In this document: positions 1 through 7,484 of the stretch, in pieces
Layout: every line of letters begins with the position of its first letter
Numbering within the stretch: the stretch's first letter is position 1
Notes under the pieces: model-generated
The model's input: only the letters and a program-made list of their open reading frames with translations
Told to the model about the DNA's origin: nothing
The model's database searches: none
Translations under genes and position numbers: made by a program
Assembly (NCBI RefSeq): GCF_013155575.1
Contig: NZ_JABJTU010000116.1
DNA from: Corallococcus exiguus
GTDB taxonomy: Bacteria; Myxococcota; Myxococcia; Myxococcales; Myxococcaceae
Strand: one strand, 5' to 3'
Length of the DNA stretch: 28,109 nt

Positions 1-151
1 GCCCTTCCCCTCGGACCTCCACGTCTGGCCCCTGCGCGAACAGGAGCCCCAGGTCGTGGAGGTGGTCGCCGTCTGGCCCTCCGGAGGCCTCAGCCCCGCC
101 GTCCAATCCATCCTTGACGGGCTGCGTCGCCGCCTGAACAAACGACGATAA
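1..151 (+). CDS. 3' end of an upstream ORF truncated by the window edge; product unknown
   Basis: Frame 2 is open from position 2 to a TAA at 149-151 (...SILDGLRRRLNKRR*). GC3-rich codon usage is like the neighbouring genes. No recognisable motif. Confidence 0.3.
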   Translation, partial: PFPSDLHVWPLREQEPQVVEVVAVWPSGGLSPAVQSILDGLRRRLNKRR

Positions 152-244
152 TCCGACGAAGACGTCGAATTCTGCCGGATTTCCGTCTTGCAGTGGGGTG
201 GGTATTCTTCAGGAGTCCTGCATCTCCTGAAGGAGCCGCTCGCG

Positions 245-1840
245 ATGACGCCCACGGAACGGACCATTGCCCGCCTTCCCGCCCACCTGCGCCGCTACGT
301 GGTGGGCCAGGACTACGCGGCGTACACGCCCAGGGATCAGGCGGTGTGGCGGCACATCCTGGGGCAGCTGCGCGAGCACCTGAGCGACAAGGCGCACCCC
401 GTCTACCTGGAGGGCCTGGAGGCCACGGGCATTGGCGCGGAGGCCATCCCCAGCCTGGACGAGATGAACGAGAAGCTGTCCACGCTGGGCTGGTCCTGCG
501 TGGCGGTGCGCGGCTTCATCCCGCCGGCCGTCTTCACGGAGCTGCAGGCGCTGGGCGTGCTGGCCATCGCGGCGGACATCCGCACGCACGAGCACATCCA
601 GTACACGCCCGCGCCGGACATCGTCCATGAGAGCGCGGGCCACGCGCCCATCATCGCGAACGCGCGGTACGCCCAGTACCTCAAGGCCGTGGGGCTGGTG
701 GGCTTCAAGGCCATTGCCAGCGTGGAGGACCAGGCCGTCTTCGAGGCCATCCGCAACCTCTCCGTGGTGAAGGAGGACCCCACCGCGACGGAAGAAGAAA
801 TCGCCCACGCGCAGGCCCGCCTGGAGGCCGCCAACGCCAGCCACCGCTACATCAGCGAGAGCACCCGCGCGAGCCGCCTGTACTGGTGGACCGCGGAGTT
901 CGGGCTGATTGGCGACCTGAAGCACCCGCGCATCTACGGTGCGGGCCTGCTGTCCAGCATCGCCGAGGCCCGGCACTGCCTGACGTCCGCCGTGCACAAG
1001 CTGCCCCTGGGCGTGGCGTGCGCGGACACGGACTACGACATCACCCGCATGCAGCCGCAGCTCTTCGTGGCACGCGACTTCGAACACCTCTTCGAAGTCC
1101 TGACCGATTTCGAGTCCACGCTCGCGTGGAAGCGCGGCGGCGACCTGGGCCTCAACGAGGCGCTGCGCGCGCGCACGGTCAACCACCTGGTGCTCGCGGA
1201 CGGCCGCGAGGTGACAGGCAAGGTGGTGGAGCTGCTGCCCGCCGCGAAGGACGTGGCCCCGGGCCTGTCCACCGCGCTGGCCCGGCTGGAGGGCCCCATC
1301 CTCACGTCCATGAACGGACACGCCCTGGACAAGCCGTTCAGCGGCGCGGCGCTGGTCGCCTTTGGCCAGGGCACCCTGCCGGAGCGAGGGAGCTTCACGC
1401 TCACGCTCGACAGCGGGCTGGTGCTGGAGGGCTTCGCGGTGGGCGGCGGAGAAGTGATTGCCCTGCGCGGCACGCTGGCCGGCCAGGAGCTGACGCTGCC
1501 GTCCATGGCGCGCCTGTACCTGACGGAGCGGCTGCCGTCCGTGGCGGGCGGCCCCGCCGACCCGGGCACGTGGGACGAGTGGTTCGGGGAGATGGACGCC
1601 TTCTCCGCGGGCGACGGCGAGGCCCAGGCGCGCGAGCGCAAGGCGCAGGCCCTCCCCCCGTCGCTGGCCGCCCTCTACACGGAGGTGCGCCGCATCCGCG
1701 AGACGGGGCAGCTGGCCTCCGAGCGGCTGGAGCAGATCGCCCGCGCGTCCACGGACTTCCCCACTGACTGGCTCCTGCGCGCCGAGGTCGCGGAGCTGCG
1801 CGGCGAGGTTCCCGCCCGGCGCGAGGCGGCGCAGGCGTAG
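245..1840 (+). CDS. phhA: Biopterin-dependent aromatic amino-acid hydroxylase (phenylalanine 4-monooxygenase family) with ~200-aa C-terminal extension
   Basis: ATG at 245 lies 9 nt after an AGGAG at 231-235; the track ORF begins upstream at 188. PDIVHESAGHAPI carries the 2-His iron motif, with YWWTAEFGL and IYGAGLLSS as in PAH/TyrH catalytic cores. The last ~200 aa (Gly/Ala/Leu-rich, then a charged helical tail) have no counterpart in ~300-aa bacterial PAHs. Confidence 0.8.
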   Translation: MTPTERTIARLPAHLRRYVVGQDYAAYTPRDQAVWRHILGQLREHLSDKAHPVYLEGLEATGIGAEAIPSLDEMNEKLSTLGWSCVAVRGFIPPAVFTELQALGVLAIAADIRTHEHIQYTPAPDIVHESAGHAPIIANARYAQYLKAVGLVGFKAIASVEDQAVFEAIRNLSVVKEDPTATEEEIAHAQARLEAANASHRYISESTRASRLYWWTAEFGLIGDLKHPRIYGAGLLSSIAEARHCLTSAVHKLPLGVACADTDYDITRMQPQLFVARDFEHLFEVLTDFESTLAWKRGGDLGLNEALRARTVNHLVLADGREVTGKVVELLPAAKDVAPGLSTALARLEGPILTSMNGHALDKPFSGAALVAFGQGTLPERGSFTLTLDSGLVLEGFAVGGGEVIALRGTLAGQELTLPSMARLYLTERLPSVAGGPADPGTWDEWFGEMDAFSAGDGEAQARERKAQALPPSLAALYTEVRRIRETGQLASERLEQIARASTDFPTDWLLRAEVAELRGEVPARREAAQA

Positions 1841-1878
1841 GGCCCGTCGCTTCGAATCCCAGACGGATGACGCGCAAC

Positions 1879-1912
1879 GGCCCGGTCGACCTCTTCACGA
1901 GGTCGCCGGGCC
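1879..1912. terminator. GC-rich hairpin between convergent genes; putative bidirectional terminator
   Basis: ggcccggTcgacctc / ttcac loop / gaggtcgccgggcc gives a ~14-bp stem with one bulge. It sits between the hydroxylase stop (1840) and the minus-strand gene stop (1944). Confidence 0.5.
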
Positions 1913-1943
1913 GAATCACGTCCGGGGGCTTTCGCCGCCGGGG

Positions 1944-3558
1944 CTACTTGTTGATGCGCACCATGGCCACGTCGTAGTGGCGCTCGGTCACGTAGCCGTT
2001 CGCGGCCTTGCCGGGGCGGTACATGTTCCCGGTCTTGTCATCCACGTAGAAGCGGTTGTTCGGGTTCGTGTCCTTGCCCGTGCTGGCGTTCTTCGTGCCC
2101 GGGTCGTGGAACGTGTAGTAGGTGCGGCCCTTGTCGTCGACGCCGCGGCCCGTGATGGTCACGAAGTGGTCCGTGAGGCCGTCCGCGTTGTAGCTCGCGT
2201 CCTTGTGGCTCACGCCCACGACCACCGGCTTGCCGGCCTCCAGCTGCTTGTCGATGTAGCTGCGGCCCTCGGCGGCCTTCTTCGAGTCCACATTGAGCGC
2301 GCCGACGCCGTTCTCGCTCTTGCCCACCTGGATGCGGCGGTCCGGGCCCAGCACGGTCGCGCCGGAGTCACGCGCCATCGCCGTCGCGGCCTTGAAGCAC
2401 GCCGTGTCGCTCGCGGTGTAGCCGTGGCCGTTCTCGAACTGGCTGTAGTACGGCACCTTCACGTGCACCGCAGGCTTGTCCTTGGACGGGGCCACCTGCT
2501 CCGTGTTCGCGGGGGCCGCCTCCGTGGTGGGCTTGGAGGTGTTCGTGCCCTGCGTCGTGGGCTTGCCTTCCGTGGTGCCCGGCTTCGAGCCGTTGTTCAC
2601 GGACGGGGGAACCACGCCCGTGTTGGTGTTGGCCGGCTTCGTCGTGGTGCCCGACTTCTCCTGCTTCAGCATCGCGAGGGCGTCCTTCGCCTCCGACTTG
2701 AAGCGATTGGCCACGCCCTTCTGCACGTCCTTGGAGCTGCCGGAGAAGTGCACCAGGGTGCCGCTGGCGTTGGTGCGGCCGCGCTCGGCGTAGATGTCCT
2801 TGATGAGCTGCTCGTCGCTCACCTTCGCGGGGTCGCGACCGTTGAGCGCCTTCTTGAAGATGTCGTCCGCCTTGCCCGGGCCGTGCTGCACGGAGGTGGA
2901 CCAGGCCACGTCCCGCAGCGCCGCGGAGCGCTTGTCCAGGTCGATGCCCGTCGCCTTCTTGATGTTGGCGGCGCCCGCGTCGTAGTGCGTGGTCTTGATG
3001 TAGTCGTGCTGCGCCTTGTCGAAGCCCTTCGGGTCCTTCGCGGCCAGCTGCTTCCACGCGGCGGAGAACTCCGCGGTGCCCGGCTTGCTGCCCGACAGCG
3101 CCTTGTGGAACTCCGGGTTCGTCTTCTTCAGCGAGTTGACGAACGACTGCGCGGACCCGTTCGCGGAGGCGAACTGGTAGGAGCCGTAGGACACGCCGCC
3201 CTTGTCACCCTTGCCCGTGGACACGGTGCCGGGGCCGCGAGCCTCGTACTTGCGGCTCAGCCCGCCCAGCTCCCCGTTGGTCGCGCTGCTGGAGTTCGTG
3301 TTCGCGGCGGGCGTGGTCGCCTTCGCGCCGTCCGTGGACTGCGTGAAGCTGTCGCCCGACGTCTTCGTCCCCGCGCTCGACTTGTTGGTGCCCTTCGTGT
3401 CGAAGCCGTCCTGCACCTTCAGCGTCTGGCCAGCCAGGATCTTGTTCGGATCCTTGATGTTGTTCGCCTTGGCCAGCGCGTCAACGGTGGTGTTGTAGCG
3501 CTTCGCGAGGCCGGAAAGCGTGTCACCCGACTGGATGCGAACGTTGGAGACGGTCACG
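1944..3558 (-). CDS. Multidomain cell-wall hydrolase: N-terminal LysM + central lysozyme-like (GH108-like?) region + C-terminal C39-like (Peptidase_C39_2/BtrH-like) cysteine peptidase; no signal peptide
   Basis: The track ORF runs to a GTG at 3662 with no SD. An internal GTG at 3558 is preceded by AGAGGGG at 8-nt spacing and is preferred. LysM: [43 protein letters not shown]. Central [19 protein letters not shown] is lysozyme/GH108-like. C-terminal [28 protein letters not shown] ... DHFVTITG gives the Cys/His of a C39-like peptidase. Long Thr/Ser/Gly/Lys low-complexity linkers separate the domains. Confidence 0.6.
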
Positions 3559-3690
3559 GAGAAGACCCCTCTATGTCTGGCCGCGACCAAAGGCGCCGCG
3601 GACGTGCTTGGATTGACCGGATTATCGAAAGGCAATGCGATCAGTTTCGCATTCCCAGTCACAATCGTGTGAAACCAGTGATTCCAGCAA

Positions 3691-3726
3691 CTTCAGTTTC
3701 AGCGGATCGATCCGCTGAGACTGAAG
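3691..3726. promoter_or_regulatory. 36-bp near-perfect palindrome (18-bp arms, 1 mismatch) in a divergent intergenic region; candidate operator
   Basis: cttcagtttcagcggatc|gatccgctgagactgaag. Its 3' end lies 25 bp upstream of the ATG at 3751, between divergently transcribed genes. Confidence 0.4.
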
Positions 3727-3750
3727 AACCTGCCCAGGAGGACCAGTCGG

Positions 3751-4785
3751 ATGTCCAGGATCCAACCGGAATTCAAAAGTTTGGCATTACTGTTTGCCAT
3801 TTGCGTCACGGGCGCGGTCCCGGACGCCTCGGCTCAGGGGTCCGAGGGACTCACGGGGGTCTATTCAAACAAGGGCGGGACGCTCGCCATCGTCGAGGGC
3901 AGCAACGAGACGCTCGTGCACTTCTCGGGCTCGTTCCCGCAGGGCAGCAGCGCGGGCACCTGCGATTGCGCCCTGGTCGTCCAGAAGAAGACAGTCACGA
4001 ATTGGTCACTTCATCAGGCGGGTGAGGAAGACGCCTGGACGCTGCGCGTCAATCCCAAGCAATTCGTCCTGGAGTCGGGTCCGTCACCGTCCTGTTGCGG
4101 CGCCGGCTACTCAGGCAAGGACTCGTTCGCCCGGAGCACCGCCAAGCCGCTGAGCATCTGCAAGGTGAAGGTGTCCAAGGCGGGCTTCCACGCGTCGGAC
4201 GCGGCCAACACGCCGCGCAAGGCGTTCGTGGTGTCCGGCGACGCGGTGGAGGCCTACGTCGACCCGGTGGAGCCGGACTTCCTCGCCGCGCGCTTCCAGG
4301 GGCCCCAGAAGGCCACGGCGGGGCTGATCAAGCGTGAGGACCTGGACTGCGCGGCGGAAGGCGCGCCCACGGCCGCGAAGGCTCCCGTGGCCGCGGACAA
4401 GCTCCAGCCCTTCGCGGGGACGTGGGTGGAGTTGACGCGGCAGGGCAAGGGCTTCGTGGTGCTCAAGCCCTGCTCGGCCGCGACGCGCAGCTTCACCGTC
4501 AAGCCCGCGACGGGCGAGGTGGAGGTGCAGCTGGGCCAGGAGGCCACGACGATGAAGGTGACGTCCGTGGAGGCCGGCAAGGGCGCCGGGGCCTGGGTGC
4601 TAGGGCTCACGGCCGCGGACGGCAAGCCGGAGGCGCTCCAGTGGAAGACGGCCGACGCCGCGAAGGGCACCGTGACCGTGAACAGCCCGGACCTCTTCTC
4701 CCAGAGCCACGACTACGTGCGCCAGGAGAAGAAGTCCGCCTTCCCGTCCAAGCAGGAGACGGGGTGCGACGAGTTCGAGCGCTAA
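3751..4785 (+). CDS. Secreted hypothetical protein (Sec signal peptide, Cys-containing, Ala/Lys/Thr-rich)
   Basis: AGGAGGA at 3736-3742 sits 8 nt before the ATG. N-terminus MSRIQPEFKSLALLFAICVTGAVPDASAQG is a classic signal peptide. The first ~350 nt have noticeably lower GC than the surroundings. Its TAA stop (4783-4785) overlaps the TAG of the convergent metalloprotease gene (4782-4784). Confidence 0.65.
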   Translation: MSRIQPEFKSLALLFAICVTGAVPDASAQGSEGLTGVYSNKGGTLAIVEGSNETLVHFSGSFPQGSSAGTCDCALVVQKKTVTNWSLHQAGEEDAWTLRVNPKQFVLESGPSPSCCGAGYSGKDSFARSTAKPLSICKVKVSKAGFHASDAANTPRKAFVVSGDAVEAYVDPVEPDFLAARFQGPQKATAGLIKREDLDCAAEGAPTAAKAPVAADKLQPFAGTWVELTRQGKGFVVLKPCSAATRSFTVKPATGEVEVQLGQEATTMKVTSVEAGKGAGAWVLGLTAADGKPEALQWKTADAAKGTVTVNSPDLFSQSHDYVRQEKKSAFPSKQETGCDEFER

Positions 4786-6362
4786 CGCGCCCGTGAACGC
4801 CGCCGGGCCCGCAGGCCCCCGCCGAGCAACAGCGCGATGAGCGCACCGGACAGGGGGCCCCCCGCGGCCTGGCAGCCACCGTCATCCGCGGGCGTGCGCG
4901 GATCATCGATGGGGTCCACGGGCTTGCCCGCGTCCACGGTCCCCGCATCGGCGGTGCCTGCGTCCGCGCCAGCATCGGGCGTCCCAGCGTCGGTTCCGGC
5001 GTCCGTGCCCGCGTCCAGCGACTCGAGGGGCGCGCAGGACGCGGCCTGGCCGGTGGCCGCGATGCACAGCCGGCCATAGCGCCCCAGCCCTTCCATCCGG
5101 CCGTCCACGACCGCCACCATCACGCGCGTGGCGTCATCCGCGGCCACCTGGGTGCGCAGTGCGTTCGGCCCGTCCACGGTCGCCACCCGCAGCACAGCGT
5201 CATCCGTGACGGCCGCGACGACCAGGTGCACCGTGGCCGGGTCGATGCCCGGCTCGGGCTCATACGAGGCGCCCACGAAGGACGCGCCGCCGGGGACCTC
5301 GAAGATCCGCGAGGCCGCCGCCGCGACGCGTACGCGGTCGATCGTGGTGGGGAGCTCCGCCGCCGTCTTCGCCACCGGCGCATAGCCCTCCCCTCGCGCA
5401 TAGCCGAAGCCCGGCGTCGCGCGCGGACCGGTGCCCAGGTTCCAGGTGGCGAACAGGGCGAAGGCCGCGTCGAAGCTGGAGGCAAAGTCGCGGCGCAGAC
5501 AGGTGTCCAGCAGCACCGGCCAGCGGGCCTCCGGCTGGCGCATGGACTCCTCCAGCAGCGCGACGAGCGCGGCGTCACCGTAGCGCTCGCCCACGAACTG
5601 GAAGAAGAGCCCCGCGCCGTAGATGAAGGTCACGCCGGGCCCCGCGGGGTCCAGCACCAGAGTGCTGTCCGGGGTCAGCATGTAGCCGCGGGTGAAGTGC
5701 TCCAGGTCGTCGAGCGCGGGCTCGAAGCGCTCGGTGGCCCAGACGGCGGTGCCCTCGGAGGCGACGCCGCCCAGGTCGGGCCGGTAGGCGGCCTGCACCG
5801 CGTGGAAGAACTCGTGGCTGGCCAGGATCTCCACGGCCTCTGCGTCGGACGGGTAGTTGTAGCCCGTGAAGTCGTTCTCCTGGAGCATGAAGCCCGTGCA
5901 GCGTGTGACGCCGTCCAGACAGGTCTCCTGCCGGAAGGCGCCGTCGCCAATGCCCGCGAAGTCCACCAGGTACACGTCGAAGCGGCCGTCGCCGCCGTCG
6001 TCCCCGGCGGGGTTCGTGTCATCGGGTGGCAGGCGGAAGCCCAGGTCCACGTAGAACGTCGCCACGCGTTCGTAGGTGCGCCCAACGAGCTCCACGAAGT
6101 CGGGCACGCCGCTGCCATCGGCGTCCGCGGGCGGCACGGCGTGGGTGCCCTGGCGGGTGAAGTGGATGCGGAAGCGCCCACCCGGCGACACGACGGACTC
6201 CACCGTGTCCCCGGGCTCGTAGCGTGGCGTTTGCGAAGTCGGCGAGGTGGGCCGCCCGGACTCGGCGGCCAACCCCACCACGGCCTCCCGCTCGTGCGGG
6301 AGGCCGCGCGGGGTTCCCGCGCCGGCCAGTAACAGGAGCAGCGTGGGAACCCCGGTGGTCAT
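4782..6362 (-). CDS. Secreted zinc metalloprotease (HExxH...E gluzincin-type) with DAGT tandem repeats and C-terminal MYXO-CTERM sorting signal
   Basis: Start ATG at 6362 gives MTTGVPTLLLLLAGAGTP as signal peptide. ILASHEFFHAVQ followed by ASEGTAVWATE gives HExxH plus a downstream Glu. The C-terminal ~40 aa is DAGTDAGTDAGTPDAGADAGTADAGTVDAG then GGCQAAGGPLSGALIALLLGGGLRARRRSRAR, the Cys-Gly / hydrophobic / Arg-rich layout of myxobacterial MYXO-CTERM tails. The start overlaps the upstream lipoprotein stop (TGATG), implying an operon. Confidence 0.75.
   Translation of the reverse strand: MTTGVPTLLLLLAGAGTPRGLPHEREAVVGLAAESGRPTSPTSQTPRYEPGDTVESVVSPGGRFRIHFTRQGTHAVPPADADGSGVPDFVELVGRTYERVATFYVDLGFRLPPDDTNPAGDDGGDGRFDVYLVDFAGIGDGAFRQETCLDGVTRCTGFMLQENDFTGYNYPSDAEAVEILASHEFFHAVQAAYRPDLGGVASEGTAVWATERFEPALDDLEHFTRGYMLTPDSTLVLDPAGPGVTFIYGAGLFFQFVGERYGDAALVALLEESMRQPEARWPVLLDTCLRRDFASSFDAAFALFATWNLGTGPRATPGFGYARGEGYAPVAKTAAELPTTIDRVRVAAAASRIFEVPGGASFVGASYEPEPGIDPATVHLVVAAVTDDAVLRVATVDGPNALRTQVAADDATRVMVAVVDGRMEGLGRYGRLCIAATGQAASCAPLESLDAGTDAGTDAGTPDAGADAGTADAGTVDAGKPVDPIDDPRTPADDGGCQAAGGPLSGALIALLLGGGLRARRRSRAR
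4921..5020. repeat. Imperfect 12-15-nt tandem coding repeats (DAGT units) in the metalloprotease C-terminal linker
   Basis: Visible both as repeated gtcc(a/g)cgg / gcgtccg units and as the DAGTDAGTDAGTPDAGADAGTADAGTVDAG peptide. Confidence 0.6.
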
Positions 6363-7390
6363 CACGGCAGGTAGGCCCAACGCAGGCGGATCGAACCCGC
6401 GCTGGTAGAAGAGCTCACCTTGCCCGTCGTGTCGCACTCCGCCTGCACGGTGGGCTCATAGTAGCCCTTGACCTGCAGCTTCGCGTGACGGCCATCCGCC
6501 AACTGGATGAGGAAGACCTTGTTCGTCATCTGCAGGCATTGGGCATAGTCCCAGAACGTGAGGGTCTGGGTCGCCGGGCTCTGGAGGCCGAACGGGTCCC
6601 CGCTGAACGTGCAGGTGTCGGGGGTGTAGTAATCCTCCGCCTGGAACTGCGCATCCGTGGGCACGGACGTCACCGATTCGAACGTCGCACCCTCCGGCGT
6701 CTGCGCCACCGTCACGCACGACGGCCCGGACACGCCGCTGTTGAAGCGGACGACGTAGCGGCGCACCGCGACGTCCCACTCCGTCGAGTTCAGCGCGGCC
6801 TGGTCATCGATGTTGACCTTCTGGAGGCCCGTCGGCGTGAAGCGCGCGTAGGTGTACGAATCCGGAACGCTGGTGCCACCCGCGCGGCCGTCCAGGAACG
6901 TGAGGTACTCGCCCTGGGTCGTGCCCTCCTCGGTCACGCCGCCGGTGGCGAGGGTGGTCCGGAGCCGGAGCTTGTCGATGCTCTGCTCCGTGCAGGCCAC
7001 GGCGTTGCGGCACAGCTCCGCGCCGCCGTCCGTGGGAGGAGTGCCCGCGTCGGTCTCCGTGCCCCCGTCGGTGGTCGTCCCTGCGTCGGTGTTGGTGCCC
7101 GCGTCGGTGGTCGTCCCTGCGTCGGTGGTCGTCCCTGCGTCGGTGGTGGTGCCCGCGTCCGTCTCCGGCTCTTCGATCGGCGTCAGGGTGCGCAGCTCGC
7201 ACTTCTTGTCCGCGTTGCAGGTCCAGGCCTGGCCCGCGGGGGCCGCTCCCTCATCGCGGCAGTCGAACGCATCCACGCACTCGTCGCCGCTGCATCCCGG
7301 CGCCACCACGGCCAGCGTGAGGGCCGCCAGGGCCCCCATGCCGAACCACCGTGCACTGCTCTTCCGGACCGCCCCTTCGGGGTTGCTCAT
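6362..7390 (-). CDS. Lipoprotein with (TDAGTT)n tandem repeat linker; first gene of a lipoprotein-metalloprotease operon
   Basis: ATG at 7390 is preceded by GGTGA at 5-nt spacing; the track ORF extends to a GTG at 7399. MSNPEGAVRKSSARWFGMGALAALTLAVVAPGCSGDEC is a signal peptide ending in a lipobox (VAPG|C). TDAGTTTDAGTTTDAGTTTDAGTNTDAGTTTDGGTETDAGT repeats follow, then a ~220-aa C-terminal domain with several Cys. The stop overlaps the ATG of the downstream protease by 1 nt (TGATG). Confidence 0.7.
   Translation of the reverse strand: MSNPEGAVRKSSARWFGMGALAALTLAVVAPGCSGDECVDAFDCRDEGAAPAGQAWTCNADKKCELRTLTPIEEPETDAGTTTDAGTTTDAGTTTDAGTNTDAGTTTDGGTETDAGTPPTDGGAELCRNAVACTEQSIDKLRLRTTLATGGVTEEGTTQGEYLTFLDGRAGGTSVPDSYTYARFTPTGLQKVNIDDQAALNSTEWDVAVRRYVVRFNSGVSGPSCVTVAQTPEGATFESVTSVPTDAQFQAEDYYTPDTCTFSGDPFGLQSPATQTLTFWDYAQCLQMTNKVFLIQLADGRHAKLQVKGYYEPTVQAECDTTGKVSSSTSAGSIRLRWAYLP
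7042..7167. repeat. 7 tandem copies of an 18-nt unit (gtscckgcgtcggtsktc) encoding the TDAGTT repeats
   Basis: Direct inspection: the units start at 7042, 7060, 7078, 7096, 7114, 7132 and 7150. Confidence 0.8.
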
Positions 7391-7399
7391 CGTCGTCAC

Positions 7400-7484
7400 C
7401 TTTCGCCGCGGAGACCCGCCGCCGTTCGATGGGGACGATCTCTATTCGATAACGATTCTCATTTTCAATATCGATGATCCACTT
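7400..7484. promoter_or_regulatory. AT-rich (~45% GC) 85-bp spacer between the MVP-like gene stop and the lipoprotein gene start; putative promoter/operator
   Basis: tctattcgataacgattctcattttcaatatcgatgatcc stands out against the ~70% GC background. It contains ATCGAT-like half sites (tcgataacgat ... atatcgatgat) and a TTGAAA -35-like hexamer on the minus strand. Confidence 0.35.

Noticed and set aside
1977-4025. 682-aa plus-strand ORF antisense to the LysM/C39 hydrolase gene
   Set aside because: Arg/Ala/Gly/Val-rich translation typical of GC-rich antisense frames, with no motifs. The opposite strand carries clear LysM and C39 signatures.
5226-6332. 368-aa plus-strand ORF inside the metalloprotease gene
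   Set aside because: Antisense GC artefact. The minus strand encodes HExxH, a signal peptide and a MYXO-CTERM tail.
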